IMG/VR virus record: IMGVR_UViG_3300018079_000013
Location: 1 to 55,879 of that record
Reading direction: 5' to 3' (one strand)
Length of the DNA stretch: 55,879 nt
Source of the DNA: a virus
Taxonomy: Duplodnaviria; Caudoviricetes
The notes beneath the pieces are model-generated. The model worked only from the letters and a program-made list of their open reading frames with translations, searched no databases and was not told where the DNA came from. Each line of letters starts with the position of its first letter. Within the stretch, counting starts at the first letter, position 1. Below, one piece after another: positions 46,600 through 55,480 of the stretch. A program made the position numbers and the translations under genes.

Positions 46600-47862
46600 T
46601 TATCTATCACGATTAGCCTCGTAACCATCGGAGAGAATCCCCTGCCAGTCCGAACCGTCGTCCGCAGCGATGCACGGTGTACGGAACGCGCACGTTAGGC
46701 AACGGTATTCGCCTGTGGGGTTTGGGTACACGCGCGGCATATCGAGCATTTCAAGTGCTATCATCTTTAGGTGACGACCCGTAGCTGCGATTTCGTACTT
46801 GTTTCTCGTAACGATATCGCGCTGTACAAACAAGCTGTCGCCCTGCTCCACGAGGTACGTGTAATATTGTTGCGCTTTCTCGTTCGTTCGGAACCAATGA
46901 TCATAGTTTTCGTTGCCAACGATCAATGCCTGAAATAGATCGGCAGTAGTTCCCTCTTCGGCACGATTGATTGACGGGAAGCCATGCTTTGTTATCGTTG
47001 GTAGCTTTGGGAAGTTCTTTCGCATCGCGTTGTAGATAACGCGATCAACTACCTTATCTTTCCAGGGAAGATCATAGATAGCAGCTTCTTGAATCGTCGC
47101 CCAAAGGTAATTACTGCACTGCTCATCCTTATTAAGCTTCTCGAAGTAGGCATCATCGATTCGTGCAGCCGTCTTGTCTTCGTAGATACCGCACTTGTCG
47201 ATTTCAGGCCACCATACAACGGCGTCTCGTTTTCCTCTCGCGTGTACTTGGAGTCTCTTACCATAATTAGGAGACTCTAAACGTTGGTCTTTCCAGTCGA
47301 ATTCGAGCGGGATTGAATATGTAGACTCGGCAGCGAGCACAATAAAGTCATCATTCTTTTCTGCATAGCTCTTGTAGAATTCCATCATGCCGATGCCGAG
47401 TTCACGATGCAATTGCCACTCGTCTTCGATTTGCTCAGGCGCAGGCAGAAGATCACGTAGACCTTTAATTTCGAAAAGTCGTGGAGTACCTTCCTTGTCT
47501 ATGTGGCGATTACGCGGTGTTACACGAGGATGAATGTCGTAAACGCGATCAAGCCAATCCTCGGTAACAACGCCACCTTCCCATTGATACGTCCAGTAGG
47601 TCAGGAAGGATTCAACAGGATCGTGGCTAAGGATCGGATCGTAGAACTTTTCGAGCGCGTAGTGAATCGCTGATCCGAATGCCAGTGGGAAGTTGATTCC
47701 GTAGATTGACACCTTGCGCCGTAGGTTCGTGCGTGTCGGTGAAGTCCAATCCCAATAGCGCCGACACCGTTTGAAGTTTGCGATGTCAGATGAGTGAATG
47801 GGAATGATATCCCACTTGGACGGTATCTCCGGGGGCTTCGTAACTACTTCTGTGGAACCCAC
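46600..47862 (-). CDS. PD-(D/E)xK Cas4/RecB-like exonuclease
   Basis: CRRYW, FGSAIH.ALE, GKRD, EDKT, Q...Y, C..C.F..PC. Confidence 0.85.
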   Translation of the reverse strand: MGSTEVVTKPPEIPSKWDIIPIHSSDIANFKRCRRYWDWTSPTRTNLRRKVSIYGINFPLAFGSAIHYALEKFYDPILSHDPVESFLTYWTYQWEGGVVTEDWLDRVYDIHPRVTPRNRHIDKEGTPRLFEIKGLRDLLPAPEQIEDEWQLHRELGIGMMEFYKSYAEKNDDFIVLAAESTYSIPLEFDWKDQRLESPNYGKRLQVHARGKRDAVVWWPEIDKCGIYEDKTAARIDDAYFEKLNKDEQCSNYLWATIQEAAIYDLPWKDKVVDRVIYNAMRKNFPKLPTITKHGFPSINRAEEGTTADLFQALIVGNENYDHWFRTNEKAQQYYTYLVEQGDSLFVQRDIVTRNKYEIAATGRHLKMIALEMLDMPRVYPNPTGEYRCLTCAFRTPCIAADDGSDWQGILSDGYEANRDR

Positions 47863-47913
47863 GTTTACCGCTTTCCCGCGTGTGCATGCACGCGTGTCTA
47901 AAAAGGAAGATGG

Positions 47914-47942
47914 AGCTTAGCAGGTTTCATGCCCTTTGTCAA
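47914..47942 (-). promoter_or_regulatory. Canonical sigma70-type promoter
   Basis: TTGACA-17-TAAGCT with TGn, intergenic before the exonuclease. Confidence 0.75.
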
Positions 47943-47955
47943 GGGGTTCGTTGCG

Positions 47956-48408
47956 TTATTTCAAACCATCGTTTCCTGGTTGATTGTCTCGATCAAACTT
48001 CTTTCCCGCATAGAAAATACTTGCCTTCCCTCCCTGAGTGAACAGCGGAGGAGTCTCGTCGCAGGGGCCGGGGATGTCAGCGGCGAGGGCAAGTGTGGCA
48101 AGCTCACGGGCGTGTCCGGGGTCGGCCGTGTGTGTGACATTCCGCAGCGCCCCCTCCAGCTCCTTCATGCGGGCTTCGGCTGCTTCGGCATGACGCTTTG
48201 AAATCTCGCGCGTTGCGAGCCATCCTCGTTCAGACTCTTGGCGTTGATAGACAGCTTCATCCCGCTCCCGCTCAGCCTCTGCGATGCGGGCTTCGAGGCG
48301 GGCGAGGGCGGCGTCGGCATCGCGGTAAGCATGACGCCGTTGTATGGTGGCCGGGGTTACCAGCGCCTCCCGCACGATCCGCACGTCTTCAAGAATTGAA
48401 GATTTCAT
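47956..48408 (-). CDS. Hypothetical coiled-coil protein
   Basis: ORF with a visibly GC-richer core. Confidence 0.55.
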   Translation of the reverse strand: MKSSILEDVRIVREALVTPATIQRRHAYRDADAALARLEARIAEAERERDEAVYQRQESERGWLATREISKRHAEAAEARMKELEGALRNVTHTADPGHARELATLALAADIPGPCDETPPLFTQGGKASIFYAGKKFDRDNQPGNDGLK

Positions 48409-49969
48409 CAAACCACTTTTTCTTTCTGTCAAGTTTACCCTTGACGTATTGATCGACTGTGTTCTTGGCATTAATGTAGATGATTTCGGGGATAGCTTTC
48501 TGCCCAGGACGATATACCCGGCCAACTCCCTGCATCATGTTCTTTGGCGACCAGTCTCTATCGAGGAAGATGAGATATTGTGCACTAGCGAGACTGATTG
48601 ATTCCCCACCTAGTGCCAACGTGGACATGAATACCTTATGCTCTTTCCGTGGGAACACATCATGCCATAGATGATAACGTTCACTATCCGAGTGCTTCTG
48701 CTTCATGTGCAAGTATGGTATGTCCTTAGTACCAAGTCGATTCGCAAGTAACTCAAGTGGATCGCGGAAACACGAGAAGACTACCACCTGCGGCTTGTGT
48801 CCGTTTTCCCACTCGACTTCGCTCAAGATGTCCATGACTTCATCTAGTTTCGAAGACGGCTCGACCAACGAGATATCAGTGATTGTTCGTCCCTGATTTA
48901 CGTTGAATTGACGATCATTCACTTGTGGAGTCGCAACGCAGATTTGTCGCAATCGACTCAGCATCGAAATCACGTTCGGTGAAGTAATCGGTTCGCCTGC
49001 TTGATCGAGCGTTCGAAGTGCATTTTTGATTTCGTTGTACATTGTCCGCTGTATACGTGACAATTCAACTTCGCGCGCCGATTCAATAGGATGACCGATA
49101 TCTTTGTGAACTTCAGCCATCATACGACGTGGCCCGACTGATTTGCGTAGCGCACGAAACTCATCGACTCTGTACTTTCGGATTCCAACTATTACACGGA
49201 AGTTCTGGGGAGTCAATACTTCCTCACAGAAATGAGTACGAAACGGCCAGTACGCTTTCCTACTACCCATCGGCCATACGCCGCTCGATCCATCATGGTC
49301 AAGAAAGTCTAGGATGCTCCATATCTCGGCGGGGTTGTTTACGAATCCTGTACCTGTCATTGCATGACGATACTTTGCACGTGGACTGAACGACTTGATG
49401 TTCTTTGTCCATTGCGTATCGCGGTTCTTCATCCTGTGTGCTTCGTCAGCAAGGATAAACGTCCAATCGATCTTGCCAAGCCTTTCCCATAGTGCAGGGG
49501 CACCATCGGGATCGCTTTTCTTTAATCCTGCTTTATTGGTAAAGCAGTCATAGTGTGCGAGCACAATTGTTGGATCGTTGAAATAGCCTAGTCGCAAGTC
49601 CTGAAACACATCGTTGCGATCAGCCTGAAATTCAACGTCGCCAACGCGTTCTACAAGATCACTTACGTACAGATTGTACAATCTCCACTTCGGAATGCAC
49701 TTTGGAATCGCATCGAAGTATGTTCCTTTACCACCCTTCGATGTTATGATGAGCGCTTTCGGAACATCGCCCGTTTCACGTTTGTCCATCGTGCACAAAT
49801 GGTCGAGGAGCCACAATCCTGTGGAGGTTTTATACGCTCCCATTTCCGACCAATTTGCCGACGCTTGTTTTTCGGCAAGGAGTTTCAAGTCCTCGACTTG
49901 CCACGGCGTCATTACGTAACGGGTGCCATCTGTTAATGGCTGAAACAGATCGATGAGTTGGTCAGTCAT
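48389..49969 (-). CDS. SNF2-family helicase
   Basis: EMGAYKT, ADEAH, MTGT, RLRQI, SSK, QGVGRVYRPGQ. Confidence 0.9.
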   Translation of the reverse strand: MTDQLIDLFQPLTDGTRYVMTPWQVEDLKLLAEKQASANWSEMGAYKTSTGLWLLDHLCTMDKRETGDVPKALIITSKGGKGTYFDAIPKCIPKWRLYNLYVSDLVERVGDVEFQADRNDVFQDLRLGYFNDPTIVLAHYDCFTNKAGLKKSDPDGAPALWERLGKIDWTFILADEAHRMKNRDTQWTKNIKSFSPRAKYRHAMTGTGFVNNPAEIWSILDFLDHDGSSGVWPMGSRKAYWPFRTHFCEEVLTPQNFRVIVGIRKYRVDEFRALRKSVGPRRMMAEVHKDIGHPIESAREVELSRIQRTMYNEIKNALRTLDQAGEPITSPNVISMLSRLRQICVATPQVNDRQFNVNQGRTITDISLVEPSSKLDEVMDILSEVEWENGHKPQVVVFSCFRDPLELLANRLGTKDIPYLHMKQKHSDSERYHLWHDVFPRKEHKVFMSTLALGGESISLASAQYLIFLDRDWSPKNMMQGVGRVYRPGQKAIPEIIYINAKNTVDQYVKGKLDRKKKWFDEIFNS

Positions 49970-50169
49970 CGCCGATTCTTCTCCCACTCATCGCGTGTGA
50001 TCGTTCTGACACGAATCGTAGGTGGCGTTAACCGTGACGCAGCCCATGACACTCTAAGTTGGGCAGCGTTTCGCACGGCTACTTCTCTATCCGAGTATAG
50101 CCCGCAGAAGAGAATAGGCTCGTTACGGTGCTTAACTGCTACCGTATGATACTGCGATGAACCTTCCAC
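49966..50169 (-). CDS. Hypothetical protein
   Basis: GGAAGGTAAC RBS. Confidence 0.5.
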   Translation of the reverse strand: MEGSSQYHTVAVKHRNEPILFCGLYSDREVAVRNAAQLRVSWAASRLTPPTIRVRTITRDEWEKNRR

Positions 50170-50632
50170 TGTATGTTACCTTCCTTTCTTTCGTGCCACG
50201 TGTCTGAGCTAATGCCTCTGAGGGCGTGGCCCCTTTTGAAATTAAACGATTATATCTATTGCGAGCGCTATGACAACGTTTGTTTGATTTACAGAACAGT
50301 GTCTCGCCTGGCGTACCCCATCTTATCACACTATCGCAACAATTGCAAATCGGACGAACCATCTTCTGAATCGTCTGACGTGCCTGAGCTACGGTGTAGC
50401 CCTTCGTTACGACAAGGTACTCTACCTCGTCGCCGTGCTTTTCGTACCATGCCTCTTGACTGCACGGCTTGCACATCGTCCTTTGATGTACAGGCCCACC
50501 GCATCGAGTACAGCCTTGTACCAACGAGCACGCTAGACAGAATCCCTCGTTGTAATTAAACTCGGACGCACTAACCCAATCGCCACAACGGGGGCAAAAT
50601 TCCTCCTGGCTAAGAGGAAGTGTGGCTTCCAA
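50132..50632 (-). CDS. Multi-Zn-finger hypothetical protein
   Basis: Several CxxC pairs. Confidence 0.6.
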   Translation of the reverse strand: MEATLPLSQEEFCPRCGDWVSASEFNYNEGFCLACSLVQGCTRCGGPVHQRTMCKPCSQEAWYEKHGDEVEYLVVTKGYTVAQARQTIQKMVRPICNCCDSVIRWGTPGETLFCKSNKRCHSARNRYNRLISKGATPSEALAQTRGTKERKVTYSGRFIAVSYGSS

Positions 50633-50801
50633 CGCTCTTTAGCTCCAACCATTCAAAAGGTGTATACCATCGGACGTTCGTTCCGATTGGGCGAAACTCG
50701 ACAATGGTAAGTTGACCTTTGTAAAGCGTGCGTCGATACTCGAATCCATCCCTAACCCACGTTTCGTAGGTCACCAGGGTTTGCACGACCACGGACTCCA
50801 A
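50610..50801 (-). CDS. Hypothetical protein
   Basis: ORF in operon. Confidence 0.45.
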   Translation of the reverse strand: MESVVVQTLVTYETWVRDGFEYRRTLYKGQLTIVEFRPIGTNVRWYTPFEWLELKSVGSHTSS

Positions 50802-51310
50802 TCCTTGCCTGATTCTACAAAGTAGTTATGTGCGGCTATTGCTTGTTCTAATGGCGTTTCGCCGTGTCCATATTTCTCACGTTCTGAACTACCCATTTGA
50901 AACATTCCGAGGTATTGTCCATTGTGGGCACGTACACTAAAACTGTGCCCGGACTCACAATGAGCAACTGCAAGTGCCTCAGTGCAGTAAGTTCCGAATA
51001 CATGACAGATCGCGTTCTTGGGTTCCTGTAAGTCCACATAGAATCGAAATGATTCATCGGCTCGACTTTCCCATAAATGCGCAATCCACTTTAGATACGA
51101 ACAGCCGTTGGTTCGACGATCAGCATACGAACTTCGTGTCCGTGGCACTAAAACTGCGTCTTGCCATTTCCATGTTGCCTTCCGCTTGGTTGTAATGTAC
51201 GGCTTTGTGCTTCCACACGGTGCGATGCTTCTCTTCTGCTCTCCTGTTTGTCCGGTGCTGTTCGTTGGTACTAATGACAGCACTGTTAGTATCAGGGCTA
51301 CGAAAAGAAT
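50771..51310 (-). CDS. Secreted lytic transglycosylase / Rpf-like lysozyme-fold protein
   Basis: VAHCESG, NGQYLGMFQM, EQAIAA, WSPWSC; hydrophobic N-terminus if started at ATT 51310. Confidence 0.75.
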   Translation of the reverse strand: MLFVALILTVLSLVPTNSTGQTGEQKRSIAPCGSTKPYITTKRKATWKWQDAVLVPRTRSSYADRRTNGCSYLKWIAHLWESRADESFRFYVDLQEPKNAICHVFGTYCTEALAVAHCESGHSFSVRAHNGQYLGMFQMGSSEREKYGHGETPLEQAIAAHNYFVESGKDWSPWSCKPW

Positions 51311-51482
51311 ACAAGCCTCCTATGTAGGGGACAAGAAAAGGCAGTAGGGCATCAATCATTGCGACTCAGGGAGCCACTAACTTCCTTAGGGGAGATAGAG
51401 GAAGTAATGACTACTGCCCTTACTACCTTACGAGTGGAGGAACCACTCGTTCCTGTTACGTTTGGGAGGTAACAGAAGATAA

Positions 51483-51511
51483 GTGTTACCATAAAAAGTG
51501 GCGGTTGTCAA
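51483..51511 (-). promoter_or_regulatory. Probable sigma70-type promoter
   Basis: TTGACA-17-TAACAC with TGn, intergenic. Confidence 0.45.
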
Positions 51512-51576
51512 GGTATCGGATTCAATCTGAAATCTCACAACAACTGAGTTTTCAGTGTTGCCTAGTCCGACAACGA

Positions 51577-52542
51577 TTATCGTCGGAAGTTGAAGACTCG
51601 TCGTTCGGTAATAATGAGCGGTTTGTCTTCCGGGCCTTTGATGTGTTCGTAGATGTATACCCAACTATGGGTTTTCGTTTTCGAGTAGTATTGCCTGCGC
51701 CAGTGTCCACTGACAACCCAACGTCGTGACCATTCAATCTTCTGTGGTTCCTCGTCATCCTTCTTAACTGACTTGCGACGAAGAGTGATCAGCGTGATAA
51801 AACGTTGAGGTTCGTTAGGAAACTCACGAGCAAATCGCTTTCGACTAGCACGATCAGGGTCTAACCTGATGGGAGCACCGATTTTCTGTTGCGCGAGCAG
51901 TTGCATTGCAACAAACAACTTCACTATTCCAACCACTAGCTCTGACCCTTGTACTGTGTAATCTGGCATGGGCTCGCCTATCCTGCACGGATACAAGTGC
52001 GCCAACACAAGTGGCGGCACAGGGACTCCATCGCGCGCACAGTTGGCAATGTACTGCTCATTGAACTCATCATTGAAATCGGTCGGATCGGTAAAGTAGT
52101 AGATGATAATAGTTTCCAACGGATTGCTTTCGTCCGCATCGTTACGAACGCGATCAAGTACCCACGCCATTGCGTGCATAGTTACTTTGCGTCCATTTCG
52201 ATCTATGCCATCTATCGGTTCCTCGAATAGAACAAATCCTCTTGGTGAGAGCATTGATTCTTTTTCGAATACGACATTCTGCGGAAGATCATGCGCGGCC
52301 TGTAGTAGTAGGTGCATCATGTCCGTCGTAATGAACACGGTGTCAGCTTGCCACAATGTTGAGCACAGATTTGAAACGAAATTGAGTAGGTCGAAGTCTT
52401 TGGTCACTCGGTTAAGATCGGCACCAATCAACCCATTAAAGAAGTTGTATGAATAACTGACCCCGTAATCCTGCTTTAGCCATTTTAACGTATCCATCTG
52501 CACGTCAAGCGCACGGTGCCAGCCTGTGTGTACGCTATTCAT
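51577..52542 (-). CDS. Hypothetical phage protein
   Basis: C-terminal WVVSGHWRRQ...HIKGP motif. Confidence 0.75.
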   Translation of the reverse strand: MNSVHTGWHRALDVQMDTLKWLKQDYGVSYSYNFFNGLIGADLNRVTKDFDLLNFVSNLCSTLWQADTVFITTDMMHLLLQAAHDLPQNVVFEKESMLSPRGFVLFEEPIDGIDRNGRKVTMHAMAWVLDRVRNDADESNPLETIIIYYFTDPTDFNDEFNEQYIANCARDGVPVPPLVLAHLYPCRIGEPMPDYTVQGSELVVGIVKLFVAMQLLAQQKIGAPIRLDPDRASRKRFAREFPNEPQRFITLITLRRKSVKKDDEEPQKIEWSRRWVVSGHWRRQYYSKTKTHSWVYIYEHIKGPEDKPLIITERRVFNFRR

Positions 52543-52559
52543 CGTATGTCAATATTACT

Positions 52560-53009
52560 TCACTCACGTTCCACCGTCCCGTCTGCGTATATGATCACGC
52601 GCGGGATACCTTTCCTTTCCGCTTTGCGTACAGTTGACCATGTGCCGCTTCGATAAAATGGCCTTGGGTTGAGCGGCCACTGCTGCGGACATGCTATCAG
52701 CATAGCACATGTGTCAACTATTGCCTGATTGCGAACCGTGTACGATGCAGGTAGCTCGACTCGATCAGTCGCGTCACGTGGGCAGTCTGCACGATACTTT
52801 GAACTCGCGGGCGGATGCACATGTACATTGTAACCTATTGCTTTGGCACTGGTATGTGCTTGTTCGTCGGCTCCGATGCAGTCACCATGATGAAACCAAA
52901 TGGCACCACTATTGCGTAGCTCCGCGAGCACAGTTCGCAGGGCATGCCGTTGCTTGCTAGACAAGCCCAATCGCGTGCCTGTGAAGCCAACGTGTACGAC
53001 TTCACTCAT
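52560..53009 (-). CDS. SLOG/DprA-like nucleotide-binding protein
   Basis: GFTGTR, HHGDCIGAD, RNQAIV, SGTWSTVR.A. Confidence 0.75.
   Translation of the reverse strand: MSEVVHVGFTGTRLGLSSKQRHALRTVLAELRNSGAIWFHHGDCIGADEQAHTSAKAIGYNVHVHPPASSKYRADCPRDATDRVELPASYTVRNQAIVDTCAMLIACPQQWPLNPRPFYRSGTWSTVRKAERKGIPRVIIYADGTVERE
52699..52717 (-). promoter_or_regulatory. Short-spacer promoter motif TTGACA-N4-TGC-TATGCT
   Basis: Third copy; intragenic, ~160 nt upstream of 52542. Confidence 0.5.
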
Positions 53010-53030
53010 GTTTGTTACCTCCCTTGGTTT

Positions 53031-53680
53031 ATTGAGCTACGTAGGGCGATTCTAACCTTAGCCCTTCGCATATTTTTGCGACTCGTCGTGGCATAGCCGC
53101 TAAACTATACCGCGTGCGATGCTACCCGCAATTTCTCTACCTAACTCCACTGATACAGTCGGCTCTATATGCACTTTACCATTCTTCAACAGCTCCATGC
53201 AGAAACTAGGCTCGACTGCATCTATGGGCAGTCCTACGTAGCTCACGGAGCGGGCGCAATGAATTGCTGATTCCCGATTTACCGTCGAGCGGGATAAAGC
53301 CCAAACGGACTCACGGTTTGATCAGAGAGTCAACGAACTATCCTGGATCGTTGAGCTTCTTCCTCCATTGCGTTTATCCCGCTCCGTCAACTACGTAGCT
53401 CAATGAGTGAGGCTCCCGCATGGCTTGCCACCTAACAAGTTGCGGTCGGGGAGCAGGTGTTTTGTGTTCGATCCCCACGTCCTCACTCATTCAACTACGT
53501 AGAGGTTTATTGCCCGTCGCGTAGTTGCATCTACCACGGGCCGTGTGCACCGAATGATACAGACATGCACACCTAGCACGGAAGACCTACCAGTGCGATG
53601 CAACGAACGGTAGGTAGCATCGTGAGAGTGACTACGCTGCAACGGTCACTCTCGTTATGAGCGTGGCTTGCAGGCAACAC
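53031..53680 (-). ncRNA. Tandem array of structured RNA cassettes joined by TGAGCTACGTAGTTGA-type linkers
   Basis: Stems 53033-45/53233-45, 53234-54/53378-98, 53391-412/53481-502; further hairpins to 53680. Confidence 0.65.
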
Positions 53681-53682
53681 AC

Positions 53683-53799
53683 TCATACCTTTATGAGTAG
53701 ATTTTCAGGTTCTACCCAAACACCATAATTCGCCATTATGATCAGGACAAACATGGCATCGATGTATTCCTGCTCGGTTTCAAACCAAGCAAGGAACAC
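53683..53799 (-). CDS. Small hypothetical protein
   Basis: 38-aa ORF abutting the upstream gene. Confidence 0.4.
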   Translation of the reverse strand: MFLAWFETEQEYIDAMFVLIIMANYGVWVEPENLLIKV

Positions 53800-53800
53800 T

Positions 53801-53986
53801 TCAGGCATGTGATAATTCGTGTGCCAGTTCATCGTGATCACCATGAAGGATACGACCTAGGTTTTCGGCTACTCCCCAATACGTTTTAACGGAGATCGGG
53901 TCGAAACCCAAACCCTGATCGTATTGTGTCTCTAAGAGACTAGTTTCGCCTATCGCATCCTTCATGCTGATCACGAAGATCAGCAT
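53801..53986 (-). CDS. Hypothetical protein
   Basis: ORF in operon. Confidence 0.5.
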   Translation of the reverse strand: MLIFVISMKDAIGETSLLETQYDQGLGFDPISVKTYWGVAENLGRILHGDHDELAHELSHA

Positions 53987-53993
53987 TGTTGCC

Positions 53994-54374
53994 TTACGCG
54001 GCGTTCGGGTTTTCAAGGTAAACCGTGCCGACCTTCGATTCCTTGTCGGTGCGGCTCGAAACCTTGACGTGCTGCACGCCTTCGGGCGCGTTCTTACCGT
54101 CGCGTGCGTTCTTGAGCGCCGTCGAGATCGAAGACGCTTGCTTACCTGCGAACTGACCCGTCTGAGTCGAGATTCGCGCGAAGCGCTGACCCGACTGCGC
54201 GAACGCGGTCAGAACCTTACCGTAGATGCCCTTCTCGGCTGAAGCGGCTGCGCCAGCCTCGGCCCACTCCTCTTCGGACATCGACTCGAAAATGTTCTCA
54301 ACTTCACTTGCACTCATGTCGCTGTTCCCTTCCTCTTGTGTTTGAACTTCAGTGTCTCTTCGTTGTCTCGCCAT
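53994..54374 (-). CDS. Hypothetical protein
   Basis: GAGGAAGG RBS; downstream of a canonical promoter. Confidence 0.7.
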   Translation of the reverse strand: MARQRRDTEVQTQEEGNSDMSASEVENIFESMSEEEWAEAGAAASAEKGIYGKVLTAFAQSGQRFARISTQTGQFAGKQASSISTALKNARDGKNAPEGVQHVKVSSRTDKESKVGTVYLENPNAA

Positions 54375-54807
54375 TCGCCTTCCTCTTTTCGAGAACCGTC
54401 AATCTCTCTTCGAAATTGACCAACGTACCTGCTAGATCGATTCCTTTTAACCTCCCTTCCAGTAGTTCAACTCGTGTCTCTAGTGTACTGGACGCTCCCT
54501 CATTTGTCAAGGGGCGTCTGTACGCGGCACGAAACTCGTCCAGTACAGGCGAACGGTACAGGGCCATCACGCTAGGTTGCCCTGCCCTACCTCTGTACAG
54601 TAGTTGAATGCAGCCCATTTCCTCAAGGACTGCATACAGTTGTGTGTAGTACGCTTGTGACACATGTAAAGAGCGAAACGTTTCAACGCGTGACCCGGTG
54701 AAAACCTTACGGCTTTTATCCGCTTTATCTATTGTAGCAGTCTTGTCAAGCGCCTCGTACAACGCGAGACAGTGCTCGAACATGCGTGGCACAGGAAGTT
54801 CTGTCAC
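54349..54807 (-). CDS. Putative winged-helix DNA-binding protein
   Basis: Helix-turn-helix-like segment followed by LEEMGCIQLLYRG wing; C-terminal coiled coil. Confidence 0.45.
   Translation of the reverse strand: MTELPVPRMFEHCLALYEALDKTATIDKADKSRKVFTGSRVETFRSLHVSQAYYTQLYAVLEEMGCIQLLYRGRAGQPSVMALYRSPVLDEFRAAYRRPLTNEGASSTLETRVELLEGRLKGIDLAGTLVNFEERLTVLEKRKANGETTKRH
54482..54510 (-). promoter_or_regulatory. Canonical sigma70-type promoter
   Basis: CCCCTTGACAAA, 17-bp spacer, TACACT; same flank as the 47942 promoter. Confidence 0.65.
54731..54749 (-). promoter_or_regulatory. Short-spacer promoter motif TTGACA-N4-TGC-TACAAT
   Basis: Fourth copy, inside the putative wHTH gene. Confidence 0.5.
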
Positions 54808-54956
54808 GTCAGTTTGAAGTCTACTCGAATGAGATTCGAGCCGACGTAGTAAACGCTCCAATTCTCGCCGTCGATTCGATTTATTCCTGTGTTGGTTGTA
54901 ATCGTTTCGATGGCCTTTGTTACTTCGGCTATACTCGCTTTTTCAATTTGTGCCAT
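54804..54956 (-). CDS. 50-aa hypothetical protein
   Basis: MAQIEKAS...; fills the gap with GTGA coupling. Confidence 0.5.
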   Translation of the reverse strand: MAQIEKASIAEVTKAIETITTNTGINRIDGENWSVYYVGSNLIRVDFKLT

Positions 54957-55284
54957 GATCGTCTGTCACGCTTTCTTTGTCGGCTTCAACTAGGAAGCAG
55001 TCTCTACAAACGTCGAATTCGTCAATGGTGAATACCATGCGAGACGGATACTGTTGACGGTATTCTCTCGCTTCCCCATAGATGGCCCGTTGCACTTCAG
55101 CGTGCATTGGCACAGTGCAGAAACCCATGTGCGTCGGAAACTTGAACCAGTTCGTTTGTGTTCGAATGTCCGTGTTCCACTTCGATTTTGTTTCTTTCGT
55201 TTTGTCTGTTGGTTGGGAAGTTTCTTGCGCCTTTGCGTACTCGTCGTCACTTATGACTTCGAAAAGTGGTTCCTGACTATTCAT
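54943..55284 (-). CDS. Hypothetical protein, possible Zn-binding
   Basis: C...H and CRDC. Confidence 0.55.
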   Translation of the reverse strand: MNSQEPLFEVISDDEYAKAQETSQPTDKTKETKSKWNTDIRTQTNWFKFPTHMGFCTVPMHAEVQRAIYGEAREYRQQYPSRMVFTIDEFDVCRDCFLVEADKESVTDDHGTN

Positions 55285-55480
55285 AGCTACTTTCGAAGGG
55301 TTCAGTTTTCTTACGTGCATCAATTACAGCGAGATTGAGGTTTATAGATAGTTCCTCTGCCGCGTTAGCCGTTAGCTCGAACTCAATCGTCTCTCCAGCG
55401 CTTTTAGGAATTAATACGAATACGACACCCTCCTCACCGTATGTATACTCACGTTTGATCTCTCTTTTTATGAGGATCAT
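55277..55480 (-). CDS. Hypothetical protein
   Basis: GAGGA RBS, coupled. Confidence 0.6.
   Translation of the reverse strand: MILIKREIKREYTYGEEGVVFVLIPKSAGETIEFELTANAAEELSINLNLAVIDARKKTEPFESSYE

Noticed and set aside
53101-53247. Possible 32-48 aa ORF inside the third array unit
   Set aside because: No convincing RBS; cannot be supported, though not excluded
53234-53502. CRISPR or TIGR-type guide array
   Set aside because: Linkers are only 12-16 nt, and interiors vary widely in length and are self-complementary. No cas or Nop-domain gene was seen; the Cas4-like gene sits in a normal recombination module
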